A stretch of 64,000 bases of DNA from Nostoc sp. DedSLP01 (GCA_034530875.2 JAVRCJ020000006.1:32001-96000); one strand, 5' to 3'; counted from the first letter of the stretch, positions 10,308 through 20,166 are shown. The notes: generated from the letters alone by a model not told the origin. Made by a program: numbers and translations.

Positions 10308-11972
10308 CTATCTACCTTGCCACACTCTTTGTAATGAATGAAAAAGTTTAGCAAATATATCTTCTAGCCAAACCATAACACGATCGAGCCATTCCAAAAC
10401 TTTCTCTAGGGGGTGTTTCACGTAACTTGTTGCAGTAACTTTGGCTTCTATCCAATCTGGCTGTGCTTCAACTTCAGTACTTTGATGAAACTGCTGTTGT
10501 AAAATTTCCCCTTTATTGCTCTTGCTATCAGATTGAGAAATAATACCTTCACTTTCCTTGAAAGAAGTAACTTTTGCAGATTTTTGGGGAATTGAGGCAA
10601 GGTTACGGGTTGTTTTTTTCCTTTGTACTAAACCAGATTTGGCTTTCGGCTGCGGTGAAATCAAATTCTTTGGCCAAGAAATCCCTGCTGATAAATTTGA
10701 AGGGAGAGCAGGATTTATATTTTCAGAAAGTGTAACTGGGTTGTCAGCAACCTTTTCGCTGTTACCAAACAAATCGCTCCATGTTAACCAAGGATCGTCT
10801 GTTAAATCTTGGTTTGGTAATTGACGGCTTTGAGATATTTTTCTAGAGTACCCAGATAATAGCTTATCTGGCTTGCTATCAGTTGTTGAATCGAGGGTTT
10901 TTCTATTACTAACACCAAAAAAGTAATTAAGTGCGGCTTCAATTAAAGCCTGCAAGTTCAATTTATGAGTTTCTAAATCATCAGCCTTAACTGCAATTTC
11001 TCCGCTGGCAGTTAACTGTTTTTTTCCATAAATAAATGTATTTAACTGGGTTTGGACGGCTTGAACAATTTCTTGGCTGCGTTGTTGAACGGGGACTAAA
11101 GCATTTGCTTCTACTTTGGCAACAGCTATATCTATAAATGCGAATAATTTAGCTGTATCAAGTAAATTGTTTGATTTTTCCTCGGCTAAGAGTGGAATAT
11201 TCGCCGTATTTGCTCCACTAAGTTTTGCTAATAAAGCGTCAATTTTTGGTAATAATTCTTTGACTTTTTTAGCTTCAGCTAATCGCCAACACTGCCAGTA
11301 ACTAGCAATTTCGCTAATAATCCGGTCTTGTAATTTTGCCTGCTGTTGGGGTGTTAAAATATCGAGAATTTCATTATCAGTAGTGACAAGTACCAAATTA
11401 CGATTCAGCAAATTTGTTGCAATTCCCCGTATATGTGCAAGATGCTGCTTGAGAGCATTTTCTGACCGTGAAGATTGGATACTTGCGGTTGAATTCTCTG
11501 TAATAGTTGAAGAATTAATAATATTAGTGTTATTTGTCGAATCTTGAGGGATAGATTTTCTGGAAAAAATCTTCAAAAAGCTCAAAGGGTTGAAAGATTG
11601 TGACGTTTTTTTTGGACTAGCGTTGGTCTCGCCCGTCGTAGACATCGCCTCATCTGATGACAGATAATAAACTGTCTCTAATACATGCTCAATAGGAGTA
11701 TCAACATTTAAATCAGTTTCCGGCTGAAAATCGTTATCATTTGATGGTAAATTCAGCCTCGATTGTGGTTCTTTGCCGTGTAGCGTTTTAGCATCAGATT
11801 CAGATGACTGAAACAGTAGATACACTGGATAAAGTAGTAATTCTACACCCCACTTACTGGCAACTTGCAAATGGCGGAAGGTGTTTTCCCACTGTTCTGT
11901 CAACCGCCGAGATTGCTGGTGGACAAAATTAAATAATTTGCTTTGATAACGACCAGAGTAACCAGAAGACAT
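10308..11972 (-). CDS. Cyanobacterial hypothetical protein
   Basis: Long ORF; likely start MSSGYSGRYQSKLFNF at 11972 avoids overlap with the divergent gene; C-terminal YVKHPLEKVLEWLDRVM motif. Confidence 0.75.
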   Translation of the reverse strand: MSSGYSGRYQSKLFNFVHQQSRRLTEQWENTFRHLQVASKWGVELLLYPVYLLFQSSESDAKTLHGKEPQSRLNLPSNDNDFQPETDLNVDTPIEHVLETVYYLSSDEAMSTTGETNASPKKTSQSFNPLSFLKIFSRKSIPQDSTNNTNIINSSTITENSTASIQSSRSENALKQHLAHIRGIATNLLNRNLVLVTTDNEILDILTPQQQAKLQDRIISEIASYWQCWRLAEAKKVKELLPKIDALLAKLSGANTANIPLLAEEKSNNLLDTAKLFAFIDIAVAKVEANALVPVQQRSQEIVQAVQTQLNTFIYGKKQLTASGEIAVKADDLETHKLNLQALIEAALNYFFGVSNRKTLDSTTDSKPDKLLSGYSRKISQSRQLPNQDLTDDPWLTWSDLFGNSEKVADNPVTLSENINPALPSNLSAGISWPKNLISPQPKAKSGLVQRKKTTRNLASIPQKSAKVTSFKESEGIISQSDSKSNKGEILQQQFHQSTEVEAQPDWIEAKVTATSYVKHPLEKVLEWLDRVMVWLEDIFAKLFHSLQRVWQGR

Positions 11973-12075
11973 AATAGTAATTTTTGAGTTCGAGTCTTGT
12001 TTAGTTGTGAGACTCCCGCCAAACAATAAAAACCACAAACTGTTAATTATTGCGTGCACTCATTTTAGCGAGAAT

Positions 12076-15000
12076 ATGACCCCAATTATCTCTCAATCTC
12101 AGACTAATTTAATCTCCGAAGCAATTGAGCAATTACGCTCTTTTTCTCAAATAAATCTTCAGTCTACCTGGTTATACCGGGAGTCTGATGTGATGATTAG
12201 CGATGTTACAGCTTCTAATTTATCTGATTGGCAACCTGTCGAATTGAACGCTAAAGAACATATTGCTTGGACAGGCGGCAAAAAAGTTCTGTGGCTAGTG
12301 CAAAAATTGGTGGTTCCCCAAGATATACAGGGTTATCCTTTAGCTGGGTTATCTTTGCGACTGGCTTTAACTTGGTGGGCTGATGCTGTCCAAATTTATG
12401 TTAATGGTGAGTTAGCGCTGGAGGGTGATTTATTTGATTCTTCACCGAGAGTGCTTTTGAGTCGCGGGGTAACGCCAGGTGAGGAATTTATTGTTGCATT
12501 GCGGCTAGTGAGTCCGGGACATTGTGATGGTGCTTTAGTGCGATCGCTCCTTGTCTATGAGTCTAATGACGATAATAATCCCGATCCGGGTTTTGTGGCT
12601 GATGAGTTGGCTGTATTGCAACTTTATTTGCAAAACTTTGCACCAGAAAAGTTGGATGTTTTGGTAGAAGCTCTGAGAGAGGTAACCAACCGCCCAGATG
12701 CAAAGCCAAAAGAGTTGGTAAAGTCGTTAAGGCAAAATCTAATTCAATCCAAAATCCCAAATCTAAAATCTAAAATTTTCCTGCTGGGTCACGCTCATCT
12801 AGATTTAGCATGGTTGTGGCCTGTGAGCGAAACTTGGAATGCAGCACAAAACACTTTTGAATCGGTTTTGAAGTTGCAAGCAGATTTTCCCGAATTAATC
12901 TTTTGTCATTCGACTCCGGCGCTTTATGCTTGGATTGAAGAACATCGCCCAGATTTATTTAAAGCAATTCAAGCACAAGTAGCAGCCGGACTTTGGGAAA
13001 TTGTCGGCGGAACCTGGGTAGAACCAGAACTGAACTTAATTGCTGGCGAATCGATTGTGCGTCAGCTATTGTATGGTCAGCGATACATTCAAGAAAAATT
13101 TGGCAAGCTTTCCACTATCGTCTGGGTTCCAGATTCTTTCGGTTTTTGTGCAACTTTACCGCAGTTTTTCGCTAATGCGGGAATTGAGTATTTTGTCACC
13201 CAAAAGTTACGCTGGAACGATACTACTAAATTTGATTATGGGGCTTTTTGGTGGCGATCGCCTGACGGTAGCCAAGTCTTTAGTTTCATGTCTGCAACCA
13301 TTGGCGAAGCGATCGACCCAGTTAAAATGGCATCATACGCCTTAGAGTGGCAAAACCAAACCAATTTACCAGAATCTCTTTGGCTTCCTGGTGTCGGCGA
13401 CCACGGCGGCGGCCCCACCCGTGATATGTTAGAAACCGCCCAACGCTGGCAAAAATCACCTTTATTCCCAGACTTAGAATTTATCACTGCTGAAAAGTAT
13501 TTACAGCAAATCCAATCAGAATTCAGAACTCAGAATTCAGAAGTCAGCAGCAATTCTTTTCCTTCATCTCCCCATTTCCCCACTTGGAATGACGAACTAT
13601 ACTTAGAATTCCATCGTGGCTGCTACACTACGCACGCAGACCAAAAACGTTGGAATCGACGCTGTGAAACTTTGTTGTCTGAAGCTGAACTATTTGCAAC
13701 TTTGGCACACATTAGCTGTGGCGTGAGGTATCCCAAAGCCGAAATTGAAGCAGCTTGGAAGCAGGTGTTATTTCAACAGTTTCATGATATTTTGCCTGGT
13801 TCTTCCATTACCCAAGTTTATCAAGATGCCTTGGTTGAATGGCAACAAGTCGAACAAACGGGAACGAAGATATTACAAGAATCATTGCAGGCGATCGCAT
13901 CTCACATTACCCTACCACAACCACCACAACCCAATAGTTTACCTATTTTCATTTTCAATTCTCTGAATTGGCAACGTTCTGAGGTAGTTTCTATCAACTT
14001 ACCCACAGAAACTAACCAGCAATGGCAGATTTACGATGCTTCCGGCAAACTCCTGGTTTCACAATTATCTCAAGCATCAACCATACTATTTCTCGCCCCC
14101 GACATTCCACCCGTAGGCTACCGCCTCTTTTGGCTTTCCCCCTCATCCTCCACCTTACCGGAAGCTAAAGCTACATCCCCAGAATGGGTTTTAGAAAATG
14201 AATTCCTGCGAGTTATCGTCAACCCTTATACGGGAGATTTATCAAGTGTTTTTGATAAAACTTATCAACGCGAAGTTTTGAGTGGCGCAGGAAATCAACT
14301 GCAAGCTTTCAAAGACAGCGGTCAATATTGGGATGCTTGGAATATAGACCCCAATTACGCCCAGCATCCTTTACCCCCAACAAATCTTCAATCTATTGAG
14401 TGGCTAGAACAAGGCCCGGTACAAAGCAGTGTACGTGTAGTCCGTCAGTTGGGTAATTCAGAATTCTGCCAAGATTATATTCTGCAAGCTGGTTCGCCCG
14501 TACTGAAAATTTCCTCTAGGGTTAACTGGCAAGAAAATCAGGTGTTGGTAAAAGCTGCGTTTCCTCTCAACATTGAAGCAGACTTCGCTACTTACGAAAT
14601 TCCCTGTAGCGCAATTCGCCGTCCAACTAAACCGCAAACCCCCGCAGAACAAGCAAAATGGGAAGTCCCCGCCTTACGTTGGGCTGATTTAACAAGCGAA
14701 ACGAATGAAGGTGTATACGGTATCAGCTTGCTAAATGATTGCAAATATGGTTACGATGCCAAACCAAATCAATTACGTCTCACGTTGCTACGTAGCCCCA
14801 ATTGGCCAGACCCCGAAGCTGACCGAGGTTACCATGAATTTACTTATGCCTTGTATCCCCATAGTCATAGCTGGCAATCAGCCCATACAGTACAGCATGG
14901 CTATGAATTAAATACACCTGTGCAAGTTATAGTTAACCCAGTCACTAGTCACCAGTCCCCAGACCCCAGTCCCGAGAGAGCAAGTTTTTTAAATTTGTCA

Positions 15001-15252
15001 TCCGAAAATCTGATTATGATGGCTTTGAAGCCAGCAGAAGATAACCCACAGCAATTGATTCTGCGGTGTTATGAATGTCACGGAGAAACAGCCGAGTTAT
15101 CTTTGCAAAGTGATTTAGGAATCAGTCTCGGAAATACGGTAGATTTGTTAGAGCATTCTCATGGCACTGACGCCCAATTCTCATCTGAGCAACAAATCTT
15201 GACGATACAACCTTGGAAAATCGCTAGTTTCCAGGTGAATACCAGTGACTAA
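12076..15252 (+). CDS. Alpha-mannosidase (GH38)
   Basis: GHAHLDLAWLW, WVPDSFG, GVGDHGGGP, ELYLEFHRG and QFHDILPGS motifs; start moved to ATG 12076. Confidence 0.93.
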   Translation: MTPIISQSQTNLISEAIEQLRSFSQINLQSTWLYRESDVMISDVTASNLSDWQPVELNAKEHIAWTGGKKVLWLVQKLVVPQDIQGYPLAGLSLRLALTWWADAVQIYVNGELALEGDLFDSSPRVLLSRGVTPGEEFIVALRLVSPGHCDGALVRSLLVYESNDDNNPDPGFVADELAVLQLYLQNFAPEKLDVLVEALREVTNRPDAKPKELVKSLRQNLIQSKIPNLKSKIFLLGHAHLDLAWLWPVSETWNAAQNTFESVLKLQADFPELIFCHSTPALYAWIEEHRPDLFKAIQAQVAAGLWEIVGGTWVEPELNLIAGESIVRQLLYGQRYIQEKFGKLSTIVWVPDSFGFCATLPQFFANAGIEYFVTQKLRWNDTTKFDYGAFWWRSPDGSQVFSFMSATIGEAIDPVKMASYALEWQNQTNLPESLWLPGVGDHGGGPTRDMLETAQRWQKSPLFPDLEFITAEKYLQQIQSEFRTQNSEVSSNSFPSSPHFPTWNDELYLEFHRGCYTTHADQKRWNRRCETLLSEAELFATLAHISCGVRYPKAEIEAAWKQVLFQQFHDILPGSSITQVYQDALVEWQQVEQTGTKILQESLQAIASHITLPQPPQPNSLPIFIFNSLNWQRSEVVSINLPTETNQQWQIYDASGKLLVSQLSQASTILFLAPDIPPVGYRLFWLSPSSSTLPEAKATSPEWVLENEFLRVIVNPYTGDLSSVFDKTYQREVLSGAGNQLQAFKDSGQYWDAWNIDPNYAQHPLPPTNLQSIEWLEQGPVQSSVRVVRQLGNSEFCQDYILQAGSPVLKISSRVNWQENQVLVKAAFPLNIEADFATYEIPCSAIRRPTKPQTPAEQAKWEVPALRWADLTSETNEGVYGISLLNDCKYGYDAKPNQLRLTLLRSPNWPDPEADRGYHEFTYALYPHSHSWQSAHTVQHGYELNTPVQVIVNPVTSHQSPDPSPERASFLNLSSENLIMMALKPAEDNPQQLILRCYECHGETAELSLQSDLGISLGNTVDLLEHSHGTDAQFSSEQQILTIQPWKIASFQVNTSD

Positions 15253-15331
15253 TCCGAGGCTTGGGTAAGGCACTATTCTTTAGTCGGTGGTGAGTTATGC
15301 TTTTCCACCGACCAATGCCCAATGTCCAATT

Positions 15332-15463
15332 TTAGTCTTCGTGATCTTCAAAAGGATCGCCCAACTCTTTGCTAGGAGGACCAAAGGAAGTATAAATTCC
15401 ATAGGCTGTAATCGCAATCAAGAAGGCACATACAGAAATGCTAAGAACTATTGCAGGTTCCAT
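15332..15463 (-). CDS. psbN: Photosystem II assembly protein PsbN (43 aa, missed by ORF track)
   Basis: Translates to MEPAIVLSISVCAFLIAITAYGIYTSFGPPSKELGDPFEDHED; divergent from psbH as usual. Confidence 0.95.
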   Translation of the reverse strand: MEPAIVLSISVCAFLIAITAYGIYTSFGPPSKELGDPFEDHED

Positions 15464-15548
15464 AATTTAAAGATTTATTATGAGTGCTATTCTTATAGAA
15501 TATTACAGAAGATTAAAAAAAGCTTTGGCAAGTAATCTTAGGTGAACT

Positions 15549-15752
15549 ATGGCACAAAGGACTAGGTTGGGAGATATCCTGAGACCACTGAACTCTGAGT
15601 ATGGGAAAGTGGCACCAGGTTGGGGTACTACCCCGGTGATGGCTGTTTTTATGTTGCTGTTTTTTGTGTTTCTGCTGATTATTCTGCAACTTTACAATAA
15701 AACAATCTTGATTCAGGATGTAAACGTCGATTGGCGGAGTTTAGGACGCTAA
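15549..15752 (+). CDS. psbH: Photosystem II reaction center protein H
   Basis: [31 protein letters not shown]. Confidence 0.98.
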   Translation: MAQRTRLGDILRPLNSEYGKVAPGWGTTPVMAVFMLLFFVFLLIILQLYNKTILIQDVNVDWRSLGR

Positions 15753-15794
15753 TTGGATACAGAGTTATCTTGTTTGGATAACTAGTGAACTCAC

Positions 15795-15817
15795 ACCCGG
15801 CTAGTCCGGGTTTTTTT
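15795..15817 (+). terminator. Rho-independent terminator after psbH
   Basis: ACCCGG-CTAGT-CCGGGT followed by a T run. Confidence 0.75.
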
Positions 15818-15833
15818 GTCAGAATTCAGGAGT

Positions 15834-15866
15834 CAGAATGGGCTACGCCCCGCTGTGCTAACAGAA
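15834..15866. repeat. Small dispersed repeat within CAGAATT-type heptamers, copy 1
   Basis: CAGAATGGGCTACGCCCCGCTGTGCTAACAGAA; 31/33 identical to 35440-35472. Confidence 0.75.
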
Positions 15867-16129
15867 TTCAGAAGAAATACAGGTGTAGGTGTAGCTAGGT
15901 TTATTTTTTTCTGTCGAGGGTGGCATAAGAAGGTTGGAAGCGAGGATTCTGGTACTGTAATTTTTCTAAGTCTTTGATGGTCAGTGACATCAGGCATCAC
16001 TCGCTGATGGGGCGATCGCCTTTAGGCGTTGCCGTTAGACATCGCTTTCTATAATAGGCGATTATTCAGTAGACTACATAATAAGATGTGAGTTTATCTG
16101 GCGTTTTTATAATTTATCGGAGATCAAAA

Positions 16130-16402
16130 ATGAATATATTTGGTATCGGTCTGCCAGAAATGGCTGTAATTATGGTAGTAGCACTGTTAATCTTTGGCCC
16201 AAAGAAGTTACCTGAGATTGGCCGCAGTGTGGGCAAAACAATTCGCAGTTTTCAAGATGCTTCTAAGGAGTTTCAAAGCGAGTTTCAAAAAGAAGCCGAA
16301 CAGTTAGAAGAAGCTGTGAAAACTACTGCTGAATTGGAACCCAAGCAAATCGAACCTGCTAAATCACAGCAGGATACTGCTAATTCTTCCCAAGTCGGCT
16401 AA
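16130..16402 (+). CDS. tatA: Twin-arginine translocase TatA/E subunit
   Basis: MNIFGIGLPEMAVIMVVALLIFGPKKLPEIGRS; GGAG RBS before ATG 16130. Confidence 0.93.
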   Translation: MNIFGIGLPEMAVIMVVALLIFGPKKLPEIGRSVGKTIRSFQDASKEFQSEFQKEAEQLEEAVKTTAELEPKQIEPAKSQQDTANSSQVG

Positions 16403-16419
16403 GAGTATATACCAAGTTA

Positions 16420-17061
16420 ATGACAGAAGCTGTTACGCAACCAGCTTTGGTGATTCCCCAGCTAATTGTCGGGTTGGGGAATCCAGAAAGCAAGTACGAC
16501 CAAACACGCCATAATATTGGCTTCGCTGCTGTGGAAGCCCTTTCTAGTGCTTGGGGTATTAACCTAACTGAAAATCGCAAGTTTCAAGCAGAGTATGGCG
16601 AGGGTATGGCACCAGGTGGAGTTAAAATTCGCTTGCTCAAACCCTTAACCTATATGAATCGTTCCGGACAAGCAATACATGCGGTGACTAGTTGGTATAA
16701 ATTACCGCCTGAGTCGGTATTAATAATTTATGACGAGATGGATTTGCCTTTGGGAAAGACTCGTCTGCGCTTGTCTGGTTCGGCTGGGGGACATAACGGT
16801 ATGAAAAGTGCGATCGCCCATCTTAACACTCAAAACTTTCCCCGTTTGCGAATCGGTATTGGCAAGCCCAAAGATGCAGCTAATAATGATAATTCAGATG
16901 CTATTTCCCACGTATTGGGGCGATTTTCTGCTAGCGAAAATCAGCTGATGTCTCTTGTACTTAAATTCGTGGTTGAGTGTGTAGAACTCAGCCTGAAGCA
17001 GGGAGTAGAAAAGGCGATGAATGTTTGTAATAGCCGCACAATTAATAATTCGGAGTCTTAA
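16420..17061 (+). CDS. pth: Peptidyl-tRNA hydrolase
   Basis: LIVGLGNP..TRHNIGF, KPLTYMNRSG, GSAGGHNG. Confidence 0.97.
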   Translation: MTEAVTQPALVIPQLIVGLGNPESKYDQTRHNIGFAAVEALSSAWGINLTENRKFQAEYGEGMAPGGVKIRLLKPLTYMNRSGQAIHAVTSWYKLPPESVLIIYDEMDLPLGKTRLRLSGSAGGHNGMKSAIAHLNTQNFPRLRIGIGKPKDAANNDNSDAISHVLGRFSASENQLMSLVLKFVVECVELSLKQGVEKAMNVCNSRTINNSES

Positions 17062-17236
17062 GGAAATTTATCCGTTGAGGTAGGCAGGGGAGAAAAAAGT
17101 CTTATAAATGTATAGGTATATAGTGGCTTCAAATTTACAATAGATTTACAGCACTTCAATCTATTTAAATCACAATCTAATACCAATTCAATTAATAGAC
17201 ATCTGGTGAAATTAATTCTGCGTTACCCAAAATCCT

Positions 17237-17267
17237 TGTAGAGACGTAGCATTGCTACGTCTCTACA
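17237..17267. repeat. GTAG-type REP hairpin overlapping the methyltransferase stop codon
   Basis: TGTAGAGACGTAGCA-T-TGCTACGTCTCTACA, perfect 15-bp arms. Confidence 0.85.
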
Positions 17268-18103
17268 TTCATTTTCACTTTGCGGCCTACTGCCAATACC
17301 ACAGAAGCGGGAATTTCAATACCATCATCTGTGGCGTATTTCTTAGCTTCCTCAATTATTGCGTTCTCGATATTGTGGCGTTGCTCTTGGGTTTGCATTG
17401 CAAGCATCGGCCCGAGACGTGCCGAACTTGTAATAATTATTGGTACGACATCCTCAGGTCTAGAGAAAGTCCACTTTATCGGCAATTCGGTAATAGACAC
17501 TGATGTGAATCCGCTGGCGCTTAAGGACTTTTTGCATTCATCGGGGTCGCCAAAACGAAATAACGGCGGCCCTGGTGGTAAATCGACATCGATGACGCCA
17601 TAAGTCTGCACAGCTCCCAAAATCAAGGCCATGAAAGGATTGCGTGCTGGTGGTGTCCAGCAAGTAAAGGCATAGCGGCCTCCTGATTTGAGGACTCGCC
17701 AGGATTCGGCGATCGCTTTTTCTGGTTCGGGGAAATGTAGAATACCCAAGTGACATACTACCGCATCAAACTCACCAGGCTGGAAGGGAAGATTTTCGGC
17801 ATCCCCGACTAGAAATTCCACTTGGGGAAATCGCGATCGCCCAAGGATTACCATATTCTCAACATAGTCTAATGCTGTAACTATAGCTTGTCGCTTCAAC
17901 GCCGCCGCACTCAGCCACCCCGTACCGCAGGCAACATCGAGCAATCGATTACCAGGAGCGATTTCTACAGCATCTAATATGGCTTCATTGGCCTGAGACG
18001 TTATCTGAGCGATCGCTCCATCATAGCTTTGAGCCACTCCAGAAAATCCCTCACGCTCAAATTGCTTAAATGCCTCGCGGTCTATGGTAGGGTCAGCCGT
18101 CAT
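17255..18103 (-). CDS. Class I SAM-dependent methyltransferase
   Basis: LLDVACGTG motif I, GDAENLPF..FDAV, RVLKSGG. Confidence 0.9.
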   Translation of the reverse strand: MTADPTIDREAFKQFEREGFSGVAQSYDGAIAQITSQANEAILDAVEIAPGNRLLDVACGTGWLSAAALKRQAIVTALDYVENMVILGRSRFPQVEFLVGDAENLPFQPGEFDAVVCHLGILHFPEPEKAIAESWRVLKSGGRYAFTCWTPPARNPFMALILGAVQTYGVIDVDLPPGPPLFRFGDPDECKKSLSASGFTSVSITELPIKWTFSRPEDVVPIIITSSARLGPMLAMQTQEQRHNIENAIIEEAKKYATDDGIEIPASVVLAVGRKVKMNVET

Positions 18104-18348
18104 TTTTTGCTCCTTTGCTCTAGGAAAAAATATAACACCTCCCTAAATCCTATATCTTCATAAAAAATGCACACTAACCACTAGATAGCTGGTTTTGCGC
18201 TTCAAATTTCTATCTGATTTACCCGCAATCTGATATACACTCAAAACCTCTCTTCTAGTACGAGAGAGGCTTAGAAATTTCTATTACAACAACAAAAGTT
18301 TTTCCTTAATCCTTTTTTAAAAAAATAAGATTAAGGAAAGGGAGTAAT

Positions 18349-18810
18349 TTAACTGTTAGAGAATAAAACTGGAGAATCAAGAATCTTGAATTGGATCAAT
18401 AGCAAAATCAACAAGGTATAAACTGTTGAAGAAATGAAACCCGTAAATAACTCTTTTTTGAGGTTACGCTCCTTGGGTTCTTTTTGAAACATTTCCTGAG
18501 AACCAAATTGCATTAACAGGATTCCTACTATATTAGAGAGCCAGTAGCCTATAATAGAACAAGGGAAAAGTAACTTTGGGGAAATCAAACTACATCCATA
18601 GCCAAAAGCATAAGCTATAGGTAGATTAAAAATTAAGTCATTCCACCAACATAATGGTGACAATAAATATCCGAGTACTACAAAAAACCCACCTCTGAGC
18701 TTTTTGAAAATGTCTTTTTTGAACTCCGTTGAAATAGTTGGCTCTAACTGCTCAGCGAGCGTCTGGTTTTCGAGGCTCAACTCTTGACTCACTTTCTGGA
18801 CGTTTTGCAT
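18349..18810 (-). CDS. Hypothetical membrane protein
   Basis: Several hydrophobic segments; GYLLSPLCWWNDLIFNLPIAY motif. Confidence 0.75.
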   Translation of the reverse strand: MQNVQKVSQELSLENQTLAEQLEPTISTEFKKDIFKKLRGGFFVVLGYLLSPLCWWNDLIFNLPIAYAFGYGCSLISPKLLFPCSIIGYWLSNIVGILLMQFGSQEMFQKEPKERNLKKELFTGFISSTVYTLLILLLIQFKILDSPVLFSNS

Positions 18811-18820
18811 AAAAACCCAC

Positions 18821-18846
18821 TATTCCTATCCACTTAGTGTAGTTTA
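18821..18846. promoter_or_regulatory. Putative Rrf2/CymR-like operator
   Basis: TATTCCTATCCACTTAGTGTAG matches the box upstream of sbp (34230) at 19/22 positions. Confidence 0.55.
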
Positions 18847-19028
18847 AACTATAAACCAGCCCAACGTCTAGTACAAAAGTGATAGAATTTTTGGTTATTG
18901 ACGCAAAATTTCTACCAATGGATAGTTGCAGCAAAATTGGTCGCTAGCGATTTTCCTTATATCCTCATCTTTTATAATCTGAAATAATAATAGTTACAAT
19001 AAAATTACTGAACTATCTAAATAAAAAA

Positions 19029-19301
19029 ATGACGGATTTAACTGCAAATAACACATTTCTTATTGCTGGAATTGTATTTATAACAATTGCTGTTATCGGG
19101 CAATCTAAATTAGGTTTTATTGAAATTAATCCGGGTTGCTTTGGCAGATTTTTAGCTTTAATTATTGGTGTTTCAAGTCTGTTATATGCTGTGGGATTAT
19201 TAAATCTTTCTGGAGTAAATCTTGATTATTTAAGAACTTATTTGGTAGAACTAATTCAGCAAAGCCTAACCTCACTTAATGACCTTTTGCAAGGTTCATA
19301 A
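19029..19301 (+). CDS. Small hypothetical membrane protein
   Basis: 90-aa ORF with two hydrophobic segments. Confidence 0.6.
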   Translation: MTDLTANNTFLIAGIVFITIAVIGQSKLGFIEINPGCFGRFLALIIGVSSLLYAVGLLNLSGVNLDYLRTYLVELIQQSLTSLNDLLQGS

Positions 19302-19338
19302 TGCTTGAAAATAGATTATTGTAGGGTGAGCATGTTGC

Positions 19339-19531
19339 CATTGGTGTCAACTTAGCGTCAAACCCTGATGAAAACGTGATGAGCGATTTCTACTCACTTA
19401 CTATCAAGATCCGCGTTACCCCACCCCGGCTTTGCTGACGCAAAACCTCCCCTCCCCTTGGCAAGGGGAGGGGTTGGGGGTGGGGTAAAACGATTGTGGG
19501 ATAAGCGTTTGACCTGAAGTTGATACCAATG
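19339..19531. mobile_element. MITE with 15-bp terminal inverted repeats and 8-bp target-site duplication
   Basis: CATTGGTGTCAACTT ... AAGTTGATACCAATG (1 mismatch); CATGTTGC on both sides (19331-19338, 19532-19539); partial second copy at 37364-37492. Confidence 0.85.
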
Positions 19532-19610
19532 CATGTTGCGGCTTGCCCAAAAATACAAAGGATGGGCTTTTTTACCCATCCCATAAAATCATTTTATTAA
19601 TCAGCAACCC

Positions 19611-20165
19611 TTAATAATATGCCCCAAGAAGGCTGTAGCTGAGACTAGCTAATACGAATAAGGTAATAATCACATAAATAAAGTCTCGCTTGATGAGAAA
19701 TGCTAATAGAGAAACAATTACTCGTAAAACTGGAGTAGCGATTAAGAGTAATAGTCCTAGCTGAATAATACCGCGATCGCTACCTGATAAAACTGCCTGC
19801 ACAACACCTATTGGCGAACGAAATTGCGATGGTTCCCCCCGAAAAAAGTGATAGCTAGCAGGTTCAGTGCCGTGATGCATCAAGTAAAGAATACCCCCGA
19901 ATAAAACCACAGCACTAGCTATTAAAACACCATATTTAAGCAAATTACTGAGCAAATATTGTAATTGTTGTTCGCTCGATACTTTAGTTATATTCGTGTT
20001 ATCAATCTGAGATTGATTTGGCAATTCTGCTACTGTACTTGCTTGCTGTTCTGCTAACTTATTAATATTAGATTGTGAATTTTCTGGTGGTAAGGTTAGT
20101 GCAATTACTTTACTTTCTGATTGTGCGGATAATGGCCAGCGAAAACCCGTATTTAGTTTATACAT
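19611..20165 (-). CDS. DUF1634 membrane protein
   Basis: IIQLGLLLLIATPVLRV motif; directly downstream of a TSUP gene, the usual pairing. Confidence 0.8.
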   Translation of the reverse strand: MYKLNTGFRWPLSAQSESKVIALTLPPENSQSNINKLAEQQASTVAELPNQSQIDNTNITKVSSEQQLQYLLSNLLKYGVLIASAVVLFGGILYLMHHGTEPASYHFFRGEPSQFRSPIGVVQAVLSGSDRGIIQLGLLLLIATPVLRVIVSLLAFLIKRDFIYVIITLFVLASLSYSLLGAYY

Positions 20166-20166
20166 T

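Noticed and set aside
11973..12075. Overlapping 5' extensions of two divergent genes
   Set aside because: Internal ATGs at 11972 and 12076 remove the overlap and leave a normal divergent promoter gap
15287..15535. 82-aa + strand ORF
   Set aside because: Antisense shadow of psbN
19390..19584. Two short ORFs (PHPQPLPLPRGGE..)
   Set aside because: Translations of the MITE palindrome
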